This document shows, one piece after another, positions 38,701-48,207 of a stretch of 64,000 nucleotides of DNA (its first letter is position 1; each line of letters starts with the position of its first letter). The translations under genes were made by a program, and so were the position numbers. The stretch spans positions 544,001-608,000 of the forward strand of contig CAVVYR010000006.1 of assembly GCA_963752475.1 (NCBI GenBank), written 5' to 3'. Source of the stretch: an uncultured Chloroflexia bacterium (GTDB lineage Bacteria; Chloroflexota; Limnocylindria; Limnocylindrales; CSP1-4). The notes below the pieces were generated by a model. The model was not told where the DNA came from, did not search any database, and worked only from the letters and a program-made list of their open reading frames with translations.

Positions 38701-39173
38701 TGGCCGATCGCGAAGAGATCAACGACCTCGTCGCCCTGGTCGACCGTCTCGAGGGGCTGCTCGAGCGCTCGGGCCTGGCCGAACTCGAGGTCGCGCATGA
38801 AGGCACGACCATCGTGTTGCGCACCCCGGCAGCCGTGGCCCCGGCCGTGGCTGCTGCCGCTCCGGCCGCCGAAGCCGTCACGCCCGATCACATCACCGAA
38901 CCCATCATCGAAGAGCCGGCCCAGCCCCGTGGCGCCCACGCCATCACTGCTCCGCTCACAGGGGTCTACTACCGCTCGCCGTCGCCCGGCGCCGAGCCCT
39001 ACGTACGCGAGGGGACAGAGGTCATCGCCGGCCAGGTCATCGGCCTCATCGAAGCCATGAAGCTGTTCAACGAGATCAAGAGCGACGTCACCGGCACCGT
39101 CCGCCACATCGCCGCTGGCGACGGCGACCTGGTCAAGGCCAGGCAGACGCTCATCGAGGTCGACCCCGCATGA
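38700..39173 (+). CDS. accB: Biotin carboxyl carrier protein
   Basis: Canonical IEAMKLFNEI biotinylation motif; Ala/Pro linker. Confidence 0.94.
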   Translation: MADREEINDLVALVDRLEGLLERSGLAELEVAHEGTTIVLRTPAAVAPAVAAAAPAAEAVTPDHITEPIIEEPAQPRGAHAITAPLTGVYYRSPSPGAEPYVREGTEVIAGQVIGLIEAMKLFNEIKSDVTGTVRHIAAGDGDLVKARQTLIEVDPA

Positions 39174-40378
39174 GTGGACCCGGCGCCGTTCCCGCGGGCC
39201 CGCCCCGCAGCGTCCGCATCAGCGGCTGGGGCTCGTACGTGCCGCAGCGCGTGCTCTCCAACGCCGACCTCGAGCGCATCGTCGATACCAGCGACGAGTG
39301 GATCCGTACGCGTACCGGCATCAGCGAACGACGCGTCGCCGCGCCGCACGAGACGACGGCCACGCTCGGAGCCATCGCGGCCAAGCGCGCCATCGCCGTG
39401 GCCGGCCTGGAGCCGGACGACATCGACGTCATCGTCGTGGCCACGCTTACGCCGGACTACCCCATGCCCTCGACGGCGGCACTGGTGAAGGAGGCCATCG
39501 GCAACCGCACCGCCGCCGCCTTCGACATCGGCGCCGCCTGCTCGGGCTTCGTCTTCGGCTACGCAACCGCCAATTCGTACGTGCGCAGCGGCATGGCCAA
39601 GCACGTGCTCGTGGTGGGCGCGGAGCTGCTGACGCGCTTCCTGGATTTCGACGACCGCGGCACCTGCATCCTCTTCGGTGACGGGGCCGGCGCGGTCGTG
39701 CTTTCCGCCTCCGAAGAGGATGGTGGTGGCATGTCCGGCCTGGAGATGACCACCGATCCGGACGGTGCCTACATGATCTGGCTGCCCTCGGGCGGGTCCA
39801 AGAGCCCATCGAGCACGGAGACGACCAAGCGCGGGGAGCACTACATCCGCATGGAAGGTCGCGAGACCTATCGCTACGCCACCCGAACCCTGGCGGCCTC
39901 GGCACTGTCGGCGGTCGAGAAGGCCGGTTGGACGGCTGGCGAGATCGACCTCGTCATCCCGCACCAGGCCAACGTGCGCATCATCGAGGCGGTGGCCAAG
40001 GGTCTCAAGCTGCCCATGGATCGATTCTTCGTCAACATCGACAAGTACGGCAACACCTCCGCGGCTTCGGTCGGCATCGCACTTGACGAGGCCGTCGCCC
40101 AGGGTCGCGTCAAGCCCGGCGACAAGATCGTCTTCGTGGCCTTCGGTGCCGGCTTCACCTCCGGCGCCATCGCGCTGGAGTGGACGGCGGACCCCGCCGA
40201 TGCCGCCCGAGCCACGAACGTCGAGCCCGTGGCCAGCGTCCGAGCCCCACTCGACTGGGCCTCGGTCGATCCCATTCCGCCGCGACTGGCGGCCGTGCTC
40301 AACGACCCTACCGGACCGCCGGTCCCGCTCGACGACGTCGTGCCCGGAGAGCCGGCGCGCGCCCATACCGAGGAGTAG
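39170..40378 (+). CDS. fabH: 3-oxoacyl-ACP synthase III
   Basis: DTSDEWIRTRTGI, AACSGF, FGDGAGA, PHQAN and GNTSAAS. Confidence 0.96.
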   Translation: MSGPGAVPAGPPRSVRISGWGSYVPQRVLSNADLERIVDTSDEWIRTRTGISERRVAAPHETTATLGAIAAKRAIAVAGLEPDDIDVIVVATLTPDYPMPSTAALVKEAIGNRTAAAFDIGAACSGFVFGYATANSYVRSGMAKHVLVVGAELLTRFLDFDDRGTCILFGDGAGAVVLSASEEDGGGMSGLEMTTDPDGAYMIWLPSGGSKSPSSTETTKRGEHYIRMEGRETYRYATRTLAASALSAVEKAGWTAGEIDLVIPHQANVRIIEAVAKGLKLPMDRFFVNIDKYGNTSAASVGIALDEAVAQGRVKPGDKIVFVAFGAGFTSGAIALEWTADPADAARATNVEPVASVRAPLDWASVDPIPPRLAAVLNDPTGPPVPLDDVVPGEPARAHTEE

Positions 40379-40382
40379 TCCC

Positions 40383-41132
40383 ATGATCGACATGTCCGGC
40401 AAGAGCGCGGTCATCACCGGTGGCGCGCGCGGGATCGGCCGTGCCATCGCCCTTCGTCTCGCCGAGCAGGGTGCCGACATCGCCTTCAGCTATCGCGGCA
40501 ACGCCGAGGCCGCACAGCGGACCGTAGCGGACATCGAGGCCCTCGGTCGCAAGGCGCTCGCGGTGCAGGCGGACGTGGTCCAGCCCGAGTCGGCCAAGGC
40601 CCTCGTCGACGCCGCCCTCTCCGAGTTGGGCAAGATCGACATCCTCGTCAACAACGCGGGCATCACGCGCGACGACCTCATCATGCGCATGAAGCCCGAG
40701 GACTGGAACGACGTCATCGACACCAACCTGTCGGGCACGTTCTGGACCATCAAGGCCGCGACCCGGCCGATGATGAAGGCCCGCGGGGGTCGTATCATCA
40801 ACATCACCAGCGTCAGCGGCCAGGCCGGGCAGATCGGGCAGACCAACTACTCCTCGGCCAAGGCCGGCCTCATCGGCCTGACCAAGGCCACCGCCAGAGA
40901 GCTGGGTTCGCGCAACATCACCTGCAACGCCGTCGCGCCGGGCTTCGTCCTCACCGACCTCACGGGCGACCTGCCGGAGGACCTGCTCGAGGAGGCCAAG
41001 GCTCGTACGCCGCTCGGCCGCTTCACGAGCCTGGAAGATGTCTCGGCCGCGGTGGCCTTCCTGGCTTCGGACGAAGCCGCCTTCATCACCGGGCAGGTGC
41101 TGGCCGTCGATGGCGGCCTCGTGATGATGTAG
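40383..41132 (+). CDS. fabG: 3-oxoacyl-ACP reductase
   Basis: TGGARGIG, NNAGITRD, YSSAK and VDGG; GAGGAG RBS. Confidence 0.96.
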   Translation: MIDMSGKSAVITGGARGIGRAIALRLAEQGADIAFSYRGNAEAAQRTVADIEALGRKALAVQADVVQPESAKALVDAALSELGKIDILVNNAGITRDDLIMRMKPEDWNDVIDTNLSGTFWTIKAATRPMMKARGGRIINITSVSGQAGQIGQTNYSSAKAGLIGLTKATARELGSRNITCNAVAPGFVLTDLTGDLPEDLLEEAKARTPLGRFTSLEDVSAAVAFLASDEAAFITGQVLAVDGGLVMM

Positions 41133-41156
41133 CGAAGACGGGGTAGGGTTACCCCG

Positions 41157-42248
41157 ATGAGACGAACCCCACCAGCGCGCATCGTCGCTGTGCTGCTGGC
41201 GATCTCGGTCCTCTTCGGGGCGACCCCCGCGACCGCCCTGTCGCCGGGCCTCGTACCGGCTGAGGAGGGCCTGCGCATCGCCATCGATTCGATGCGTCAG
41301 CTCGCCACCGATACGCGCTACAACCACGACAAGAAGAAGACCACCCGGCCCAGGAAGGGCCTGCCTATCGATCTGGGCAAGGACGGCCGCCTCACGGTCC
41401 TGCTCGTCGGCAGCGACTGGCGCAAGAACGCACCGGGTGAGCGACTTGACGTGATCATGGTCGCGACCATCGACCCCAAGACGGGCACGGCCGCAGTCGT
41501 GAGCATCCCGCGCGACATGGCCGGCATCCCACTCGCGGGCGGCGGCAACAGCGGCAGCATGCGCGTGAACTCCATCTACTACATCCGCTATCGCGATCCA
41601 TCGCTGGGCCACAAGGCCATCGACCGCAAGGCCATGAGGAAGTTCCAGAAGGACATCGCGACGTTCCTCGGTACCGAGATCGACTACTGGGCCATGACCC
41701 GGTTCGCGACCTTCTCCAACCTGGTCAACTCGCTCGGTGGCATCCGCATCGATATCAAGGAAGAGGTCCGCGACTCGTCCTACCACCACAAGAACTCACG
41801 CGGCGTGTACTTCCCGGTGAAGGACGGCTACAAGCTCAAGGGCGATCCTGCCTGCAAGCCCTACCCCAAGAAGTGTCGGAGCGCCCTGGTCTATGCCCGC
41901 TCGCGCAAGGGCACGCAGGGGACCGAGTACAACAGTGACTGGAAGCGCGCCGAGCGGCAGCAGGAGATGGTCCGCGCGGCGGTCAAGAACATCATCGATG
42001 ACGGCGCCGGCATCGAGCTGGTGGGCCGGCTGCTGAGGGTGCGCGACAAGATCGACACCAACATCCCCAAGACCGTCGAGGCTGCCGGTCAGCTGTATGC
42101 CATGTTCGAGGACATGAAGCTGCGCCGGACGCACATGAAGGTCCTGGCACCGGCGACGTGGGGCTATCTGGCAGCCGACGGCTCGGTGCGCCCCAACACC
42201 GCCCGCATCCGCCAGCTCGTGGACAAGCAGTTCTACAAGGTGCGCTAG
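41157..42248 (+). CDS. LCP (LytR-CpsA-Psr) family protein
   Basis: VLLVGSD, DVIMV, SIPRD, YARSR and RAERQQ; signal/TM N-terminus. Confidence 0.88.
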   Translation: MRRTPPARIVAVLLAISVLFGATPATALSPGLVPAEEGLRIAIDSMRQLATDTRYNHDKKKTTRPRKGLPIDLGKDGRLTVLLVGSDWRKNAPGERLDVIMVATIDPKTGTAAVVSIPRDMAGIPLAGGGNSGSMRVNSIYYIRYRDPSLGHKAIDRKAMRKFQKDIATFLGTEIDYWAMTRFATFSNLVNSLGGIRIDIKEEVRDSSYHHKNSRGVYFPVKDGYKLKGDPACKPYPKKCRSALVYARSRKGTQGTEYNSDWKRAERQQEMVRAAVKNIIDDGAGIELVGRLLRVRDKIDTNIPKTVEAAGQLYAMFEDMKLRRTHMKVLAPATWGYLAADGSVRPNTARIRQLVDKQFYKVR

Positions 42249-42414
42249 AGCAACAAGACGGCGACGGTCGGAACAGCGCTCGGACGAGGCCGCTCAGCAG
42301 GCGGCAATCAGGATGAGGTTGTCCAATCTCAGCCTTGGTGGGCACACGTACCCTGTAGAGGACCGGAAGAGGTCCGGTCCCTCCGATGGTCAGAGATGAC
42401 GACCGGTCCAAGGG

Positions 42415-42987
42415 ATGTGGGGCATGGACCAAGACCTCGTGGTGCGAGCGCAACAGGGGGACCAGCGAGCGTTCGAGTCGCTGACCGTTGTCCACCATGC
42501 GCGCTTGTTCCGGGTCGCCAACTGTCTTCTGCGTGACCGTGGTCTTGCGGAGGACGCGACCCAACAGGCGTTCCTCGAGATATGGCAGGACCTGCGTCGC
42601 CTGCGCGACCCATCGAAGTTCGCGGGCTGGTCCTACCGACTCCTCGTCCGTGCCTGCTACGCGGAGGGCAGGCGTCAGCCAGCCTGGGTGTCCAGCGCGG
42701 GAGTACCGGCAGCACAGGAACCGAGGGCTACAGACGACTATGACGCGGTCCTCGATCGTGACGCACTCGAACGTGGCTTCGCTCGATTGCCGATGGACCA
42801 CCGAGCAGTGCTCGTTCTTCGCTACCTGCTCGATATGACCCCGGCGGAGGTCGCTGGGACGCTGGGCATCTCTCGATGGAACGTCTACGCCCGCCTGCGG
42901 CGGGCCGAGGATGCCATGCGGGCGGCACTCAGCGCCGATGCCCGGGCGACGACCACGTCACGGGTCCGCGAGGAGGCTTTGAGATGA
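42415..42987 (+). CDS. ECF RNA polymerase sigma factor
   Basis: LVVRAQQGDQRAF, AEDATQ, LRDPSKFAGW and region 4 HTH; start is 42415 or 42424. Confidence 0.9.
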   Translation: MWGMDQDLVVRAQQGDQRAFESLTVVHHARLFRVANCLLRDRGLAEDATQQAFLEIWQDLRRLRDPSKFAGWSYRLLVRACYAEGRRQPAWVSSAGVPAAQEPRATDDYDAVLDRDALERGFARLPMDHRAVLVLRYLLDMTPAEVAGTLGISRWNVYARLRRAEDAMRAALSADARATTTSRVREEALR

Positions 42988-45473
42988 AGCAGCAGCCGAT
43001 GGGACCCATCCTCGGGCCGTGGTTCAGGGGCATGGACACGACACCGCCCGATGCGCGGGAGTGCGCCCGAGAGGTGATGGCGAGCCTGCCCGAGGTCCAA
43101 CAGCGTGGTCGCTGGTGGCCGCCGGAGGCATTCGACCGTCCTGCTTCCATCCCCGCCACAGATGGGCCTCAGCACGCAAGGGGGTTCACGGTGTTCTCCG
43201 TAGTCAAGTTCATCGCCGCGACCGCCATCGTGGCGCTGTTCGGCGGCTTCCTGCTCGCGGGCATCCTCTCCACCCAGCCAAGCGACGAGCCGACCCCGGC
43301 GGCGGTGACCGAGTCTCCCTCGCCGATGACGACCGAGGAGTTGCTCACGGGCATGGTGACCGAGGAAGTCGAGCCGGGTGTCTACCGGGTCATCAATGAC
43401 GGGGTGCGCGACCTCTCGTATCCGCTTGGTGGCTGGGGCTACTCCGGCTTCATGGTGGACGTCACCCCGGACGGTCGCGTCTGGATGTCGGTCGATGAGG
43501 GCGACCACGGCCTGTTCCGCCTCGGCGAGGCACCAGTATTCGAGGACCCCTGGGACCAACTTCGCTCGCGAGAGGTCGCCCCTGATGGCTCGTTCTGGGC
43601 CATCGGCGATGACACGGACGGCCGTAGCGGCATCTTCTCGTTCGATGGCGAGAGATGGACTGAGCGGGCGACCACGACCGACCACTTGTCCGCGTTGGCC
43701 GTCGGACCCGACGGCACGGTCTGGGTGTTGGCGATAGACGGGGACAACGACGGGACCGTCCTCCTGCGGCTCGAAGACGACGGCTCTCTCACGACCATCG
43801 AGGACTGGGCCGATGTCTACGACGGTGGCGCGAACTGGCTCCAACTGGCAGTGTCACCCGACGGCGACGTATGGCTCGTCGGGGGGGCTACCCAGGGGTC
43901 CGAACTGCTGTTGCGCTTCGATGGCGAGGGATGGGAAGCCATCGCAGGTCCCGAGGGATGGCGCCCCGGCATATTGGGCCGGTACATCGACGTCGATGCG
44001 GACGGCACGCTGTGGGTGAAGGCCAACGCTGCGGTCGGACTCGCCCGCTTCGATGACCCGGGCTGGACCATGTCCACGCAGGCCGACGGCGTCGAGCCGT
44101 GGAGTGAAGCGAGCTACTTCGACACGGACCTGCTCAACGTCGCCGCCGACGGCAGCCTCTGGCTCCTCAGCAGCCCGACCGGCCCGCTCGGTCAGGGCTG
44201 CGGCGGCGTGTCGCATTACGACGGCACGACGTGGACCTCGTATCTGGTGGAGACCTGCATGCACGACTTCGCCATCGCTCCCGACGGCAGCGTCTGGCTG
44301 GGGGCCGATGACATGGCCAGTCCGCTCCACCTCTACGTCATCAGCCCCGAGGCCGTGGCGGCCAGCGAAGCCGAGGTCAACGGGCCACCTTCGGGAGAGG
44401 AGCCGCCCGACTCCGAGGAGGCACCCACGACGACCGAGGAGTTGCTCTCTGGCATGGCCACGGACGAAGTCGAGCCGGGGGTTCTGCGGGTCGTCAACGA
44501 CGGCGTGCGGGACCTCTCGTATCCGCTCGGCGGCTGGGACATCACCGGCTTCCTGGTGGACGTCACCCCGGACGGCAGCGTCTGGATGTCGGTCGATGAG
44601 GGCGACCACGGCCTGTTCCGCCTCGGCGAGGACCCGGTGTTCGAGGACGTCACGGTCTGGCCTTTGCACCGAGAGGTCGCACCCGACGGCTCGCTCTGGG
44701 GCATCGGCGATACCCCGGACGACCGGACCGGCATCTTCTCGTTCGATGGCGAGGGATGGACGCAGCGAGCGACCACGACCAGTGACCCCAGTGCATTGGC
44801 CGTCGGACCTGACGGCACGGTCTGGGCGGCCTCAGAGACCGCGCTCCTCCGGCTCGAAGACGACGGTTCTCTCACGACCTTCGACTGGTCCGATGTCTAC
44901 GGTGGCGACGCACGCTGGCTCGAACTGGCGGTGACGTCCGACGGCGATGTGTGGCTCGTCGGCACGCGCAGCGGTAGCCCCTCCGGGGGCGAACTGCTGT
45001 TGCGCTTCGATGGCGAGGGATGGGAAGCCATTCCGGGTCCCATCCCGGGTCCGGAGGGATGGGTCCCGGGCCGGGGCCGGGGCCTCCTCGAGGCAGGTGC
45101 GGATGGCACGCTGTGGGTGAAGGCCAGCCACACGAGCGTCGCCCGCTTCGATGACCCGGGCTGGACGACGTTCACGGAGGCCGACGGCGTCCAGCCGTGG
45201 GGCGTACCGGACGACATCTTCACGAACGTGCTCGAGGTCGCCCCCGACGGCAGCCTCTGGCTGATCGGCCTCCAGACCGACGAACCAGAGGACTGCTGCG
45301 GCGTGTCGCACTACGACGGCACGACGTGGACCCCCTATCTGGTTGGGTCCCTGGTCCACGACTTCGCGGTCGCTCCTGACGGCAGCCTCTGGCTGGGGGC
45401 CCACGACATCCTTGGGAGCAAGACGCTCCACGCCTACGTCATCACCCCAGAGGCCGTGGCGGCCATCGAGTAG
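42984..45473 (+). CDS. Putative anti-sigma/sensor: single TM plus two tandem beta-propeller-like extracellular domains
   Basis: ATGA-coupled to the ECF; TM FIAATAIVALFGGFLLAGIL; many VAPDGSxW and FDGxxW blade repeats. Confidence 0.72.
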   Translation: MKQQPMGPILGPWFRGMDTTPPDARECAREVMASLPEVQQRGRWWPPEAFDRPASIPATDGPQHARGFTVFSVVKFIAATAIVALFGGFLLAGILSTQPSDEPTPAAVTESPSPMTTEELLTGMVTEEVEPGVYRVINDGVRDLSYPLGGWGYSGFMVDVTPDGRVWMSVDEGDHGLFRLGEAPVFEDPWDQLRSREVAPDGSFWAIGDDTDGRSGIFSFDGERWTERATTTDHLSALAVGPDGTVWVLAIDGDNDGTVLLRLEDDGSLTTIEDWADVYDGGANWLQLAVSPDGDVWLVGGATQGSELLLRFDGEGWEAIAGPEGWRPGILGRYIDVDADGTLWVKANAAVGLARFDDPGWTMSTQADGVEPWSEASYFDTDLLNVAADGSLWLLSSPTGPLGQGCGGVSHYDGTTWTSYLVETCMHDFAIAPDGSVWLGADDMASPLHLYVISPEAVAASEAEVNGPPSGEEPPDSEEAPTTTEELLSGMATDEVEPGVLRVVNDGVRDLSYPLGGWDITGFLVDVTPDGSVWMSVDEGDHGLFRLGEDPVFEDVTVWPLHREVAPDGSLWGIGDTPDDRTGIFSFDGEGWTQRATTTSDPSALAVGPDGTVWAASETALLRLEDDGSLTTFDWSDVYGGDARWLELAVTSDGDVWLVGTRSGSPSGGELLLRFDGEGWEAIPGPIPGPEGWVPGRGRGLLEAGADGTLWVKASHTSVARFDDPGWTTFTEADGVQPWGVPDDIFTNVLEVAPDGSLWLIGLQTDEPEDCCGVSHYDGTTWTPYLVGSLVHDFAVAPDGSLWLGAHDILGSKTLHAYVITPEAVAAIE
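43329..45465 (+). repeat. Intragenic tandem duplication (~1.04-kb units starting at ~43329 and ~44430)
   Basis: Near-identical tracts such as TGGATGTCGGTCGATGAGGGCGACCACGGCCTGTTCCGCCTCGGCGAG occur in both units. Confidence 0.92.
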
Positions 45474-45613
45474 CGAAGGGGGTACATGTGTTCATGGACA
45501 CCGGCGGGACGATGGCGGGTAGCGCGAGGCTGCGACACACGGCCCACCACCATGGCCGCCTTGGACCGCGCCGAGCCACTGGAGGATCCGGCCCACGCAC
45601 AAAGGGGACCCTC

Positions 45614-46417
45614 ATGCGTACGACGCGAACGTCGCTGCTCGTCGCTGCCATCACAAGCGGCCTACTGACAGGCTCGCTTGTCGGGGTCGCGGCGCAGGAC
45701 GAGACAGACGCCCTGCGACTCCTCACCGAAGAGGTGGAACCCGGCGTCGAGCGCATCATCAGCGATGGCGTCGGCCACGACCTCGACGAGACCCACCCCG
45801 ATAACCGCCTTGACACCGACGGCATCGCCGTCGCGCCCGATGGGACCGTGTGGCTCACGACCACGAACCACGGCGACGACAACACCTACCCCAGCAGTGC
45901 GTTCATCTGGGCTCTCGGCCAGCCGGGTGGATACACCCACGAGCATGGGCTGCCCGTCGACACGCCCATTCCCGACCTCGTCACCTTGGCTGACGGCACG
46001 CTGCTCGCCGTCGGGTACCACGGGGTTTCCCGCCTCGCCGGCGACCGGTTCGTGCCCGACGACTGGTTCGTGCTGTACGCGGAAGATGCCCGATTGTTCC
46101 CGGAACTTCAGGTCGCGGGACCGGAAGGCGAAGGCTCGCGCATCCTCGAGGTGCCCGACCGAGGGATAGTGAGCGTGGGCGACTACTCCTGCTGGCGCGG
46201 GAGCGGACCCACCGGCTGGGGCGTCGGTGCGGCTGGCGTCACCTGTGCGGAGGCTGGGGAGGACGGCTCGACGCCGGGGGTACCGACCACGTACCTCGCG
46301 CGTACCTCCATCTACCAGATAGCCGCAGCGCCGGACGGATCGGTGTGGGCCGTGGGTGACTACGACTTCGGCCCCGGTGGTCTGTACCGCATCATGCCCG
46401 AGTCGCCTACCCAGTAG
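45614..46417 (+). CDS. Secreted protein related to the upstream propeller domain
   Basis: Signal peptide, then LLTEEVEPGVERIISDG matching TEEVEPGVYRVINDG; APDGTVW repeats. Confidence 0.72.
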   Translation: MRTTRTSLLVAAITSGLLTGSLVGVAAQDETDALRLLTEEVEPGVERIISDGVGHDLDETHPDNRLDTDGIAVAPDGTVWLTTTNHGDDNTYPSSAFIWALGQPGGYTHEHGLPVDTPIPDLVTLADGTLLAVGYHGVSRLAGDRFVPDDWFVLYAEDARLFPELQVAGPEGEGSRILEVPDRGIVSVGDYSCWRGSGPTGWGVGAAGVTCAEAGEDGSTPGVPTTYLARTSIYQIAAAPDGSVWAVGDYDFGPGGLYRIMPESPTQ

Positions 46418-46483
46418 ATCATCGCGCCGCCTCGGCTGGCGGCGGCTTGCTGACCGCGCGACAGTGTGGGGTAGCGTGACGCC

Positions 46484-46890
46484 ATGTGGAGACTGCGGAT
46501 GTGGCTGCCGGCGGCGGTCGTCTCGGCGCTGCCCTTCGGCACGCGGCCACAACCGTCGCCGAGGAGGATGACACCCAAGTCGGGCGTGACACACCATTCA
46601 CCGGGACGCGGATAGGTCTGGTGCCCGACACGACCGACGAGGAGTGGTCGGTCGAAGATGCAGTCGGGCATGCCCGGGTCTACAGGCTGGAAGAGCAGGT
46701 CGAGTGGAGCGACCCGCGTTTGCCGACAACCAAGCAGACGTACTGAACTTCGACATGCACGACATCGGCGAGTTCCGGGAGCTGCCGATGACCGGCACGA
46801 TCCTGCTTGAGGGTCCGAACGGCTTCTGGAGTGGTGAAACGACGGCCTTCTGCGATGCGGACGGCGACTGCCATGGGATGAACGTCGCAC
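46484..46890 (+). pseudogene. Frameshifted, truncated secreted-protein remnant
   Basis: MWRLRMWLPAAVVSAL shifts frame near 46540 into AEEDD..WSDPRLP, shifts again near 46740 into VLNFDMH..GPNGFWSG, then runs into the next promoter. Confidence 0.55.
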
Positions 46891-46920
46891 ACGTCCATCC
46901 GGCTGTGCCATCCTCGCGGG

Positions 46921-48204
46921 GTGAGCGCCGCCAACTCGACCTCAAATCAGGAGCCGGGACCGCCGGACCTGGAGATCGCCCCCGAGTCCGTCGCCGATGC
47001 CCAGCTCGTCCGACGCCTGCAGCTGACGCGCCGAGTTCTGGCCGGCACACTGCTGGTCCTTGGACTGGTCACCGCTTGGTATCTCCACGACGACGGCGTG
47101 GGGTTCCCGGACATCGTCCTCGCCGTCGCCCTCGTGACGCTGGTGCTGGGCTTGTACGTCCGCCACGACACCACGCAGCAGTTGATGCGCAACCGCCTCG
47201 AGCGTGAGGCCAGCATCCGACGCATCGTCACCGGGCTCTCGCGCTCGGTGTCTGCCGACTCCGTCGTCGATACCGTCATCACCGACTTGCGTTCGGCCAC
47301 CGATGCCGACCATGTGGTCGTGGCCAGAGTCCAGCCCAACGACGAGGTCGAGGTCACGCTCGTGGCCGCCCATGCCGATGCGCCCCCTTCCAAGACCGTG
47401 CTGCGGCCCGAGATCGATCGGGTCAGCGATGTCCCGCCCGACGATGAGGAGGAGGCCGAGCCCGTCCGGACCGACACGGTCGACGAGGCCGCGGCAGCTG
47501 CCGAGGAGATCGCCCGACGGGTGCGCTCCGAGTACGGACTGCCGCAGACGATGGCCACGCCCCTGGTGGCCGATCGCCGTTTCCTGGGCGCGTTGCTGCT
47601 CGCGCGTCGCGGCAAGGAGGCCTGGAGCGACGGTGACATCCGGCTGCTGAACTGGGCCGCCAACGAGGTCGCCACGGCCTTCGCCCGCACCTATGCGCTC
47701 GAGGCCGCGGAGCGTGGCGCGAAGATCGACGTGCTCACGCGGCTGCCCAACCGACGCTACTTCGACGAGGCGCTCGCCATCGAGAGCCCGCGCCGTCGAG
47801 CCAACGACAGCATCGGCATCCTGATGATCGACATCGACCACTTCAAGCTCATCAACGACCGCTTCGGGCACAGCACCGGCGACCAGGTCCTGCGCGGCGT
47901 GGCCGGAGCCATCACCGGCGCCGTCCGTGACGAGGACACGCCGGCCCGCTACGGCGGCGAGGAGTTCGCGGTGCTGCTGCGACGCACCGAGGAGGAGCAG
48001 GCGGTCGAGGTCGCCGAGCGCATCCGCCGCGCCGTGGTCAAGCTGCATCCGGCCTCCCTCGGCATCACCGAGCCGGTGACGGTCTCCGTCGGTGTAGCCG
48101 TGGCGGGCCCGGGCGGCCTGCCGGTGACGAAGCTCGTCGAGCGCGCGGACGGCGCCCTCTACCGCGCCAAGCGTCAAGGTCGCGATCGCGTCGTCACGGC
48201 TTAG
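46921..48204 (+). CDS. Membrane GAF-GGDEF diguanylate cyclase
   Basis: Two TM segments, GAF-like region, DIDHFK and RYGGEEF with an intact RxxD I-site (RDED). Confidence 0.92.
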   Translation: MSAANSTSNQEPGPPDLEIAPESVADAQLVRRLQLTRRVLAGTLLVLGLVTAWYLHDDGVGFPDIVLAVALVTLVLGLYVRHDTTQQLMRNRLEREASIRRIVTGLSRSVSADSVVDTVITDLRSATDADHVVVARVQPNDEVEVTLVAAHADAPPSKTVLRPEIDRVSDVPPDDEEEAEPVRTDTVDEAAAAAEEIARRVRSEYGLPQTMATPLVADRRFLGALLLARRGKEAWSDGDIRLLNWAANEVATAFARTYALEAAERGAKIDVLTRLPNRRYFDEALAIESPRRRANDSIGILMIDIDHFKLINDRFGHSTGDQVLRGVAGAITGAVRDEDTPARYGGEEFAVLLRRTEEEQAVEVAERIRRAVVKLHPASLGITEPVTVSVGVAVAGPGGLPVTKLVERADGALYRAKRQGRDRVVTA

Positions 48205-48207
48205 CGG

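Noticed and set aside
43329-45465. CRISPR array or DGR template/variable repeat
   Set aside because: The repeats are in-frame protein-domain duplications; there is no spacer structure, cas gene or reverse transcriptase, and differences are not obviously adenine-specific.
46744-46746. Selenocysteine or readthrough at the TGA
   Set aside because: The coding-like sequence continues in a different frame, so a frameshift explains it better.
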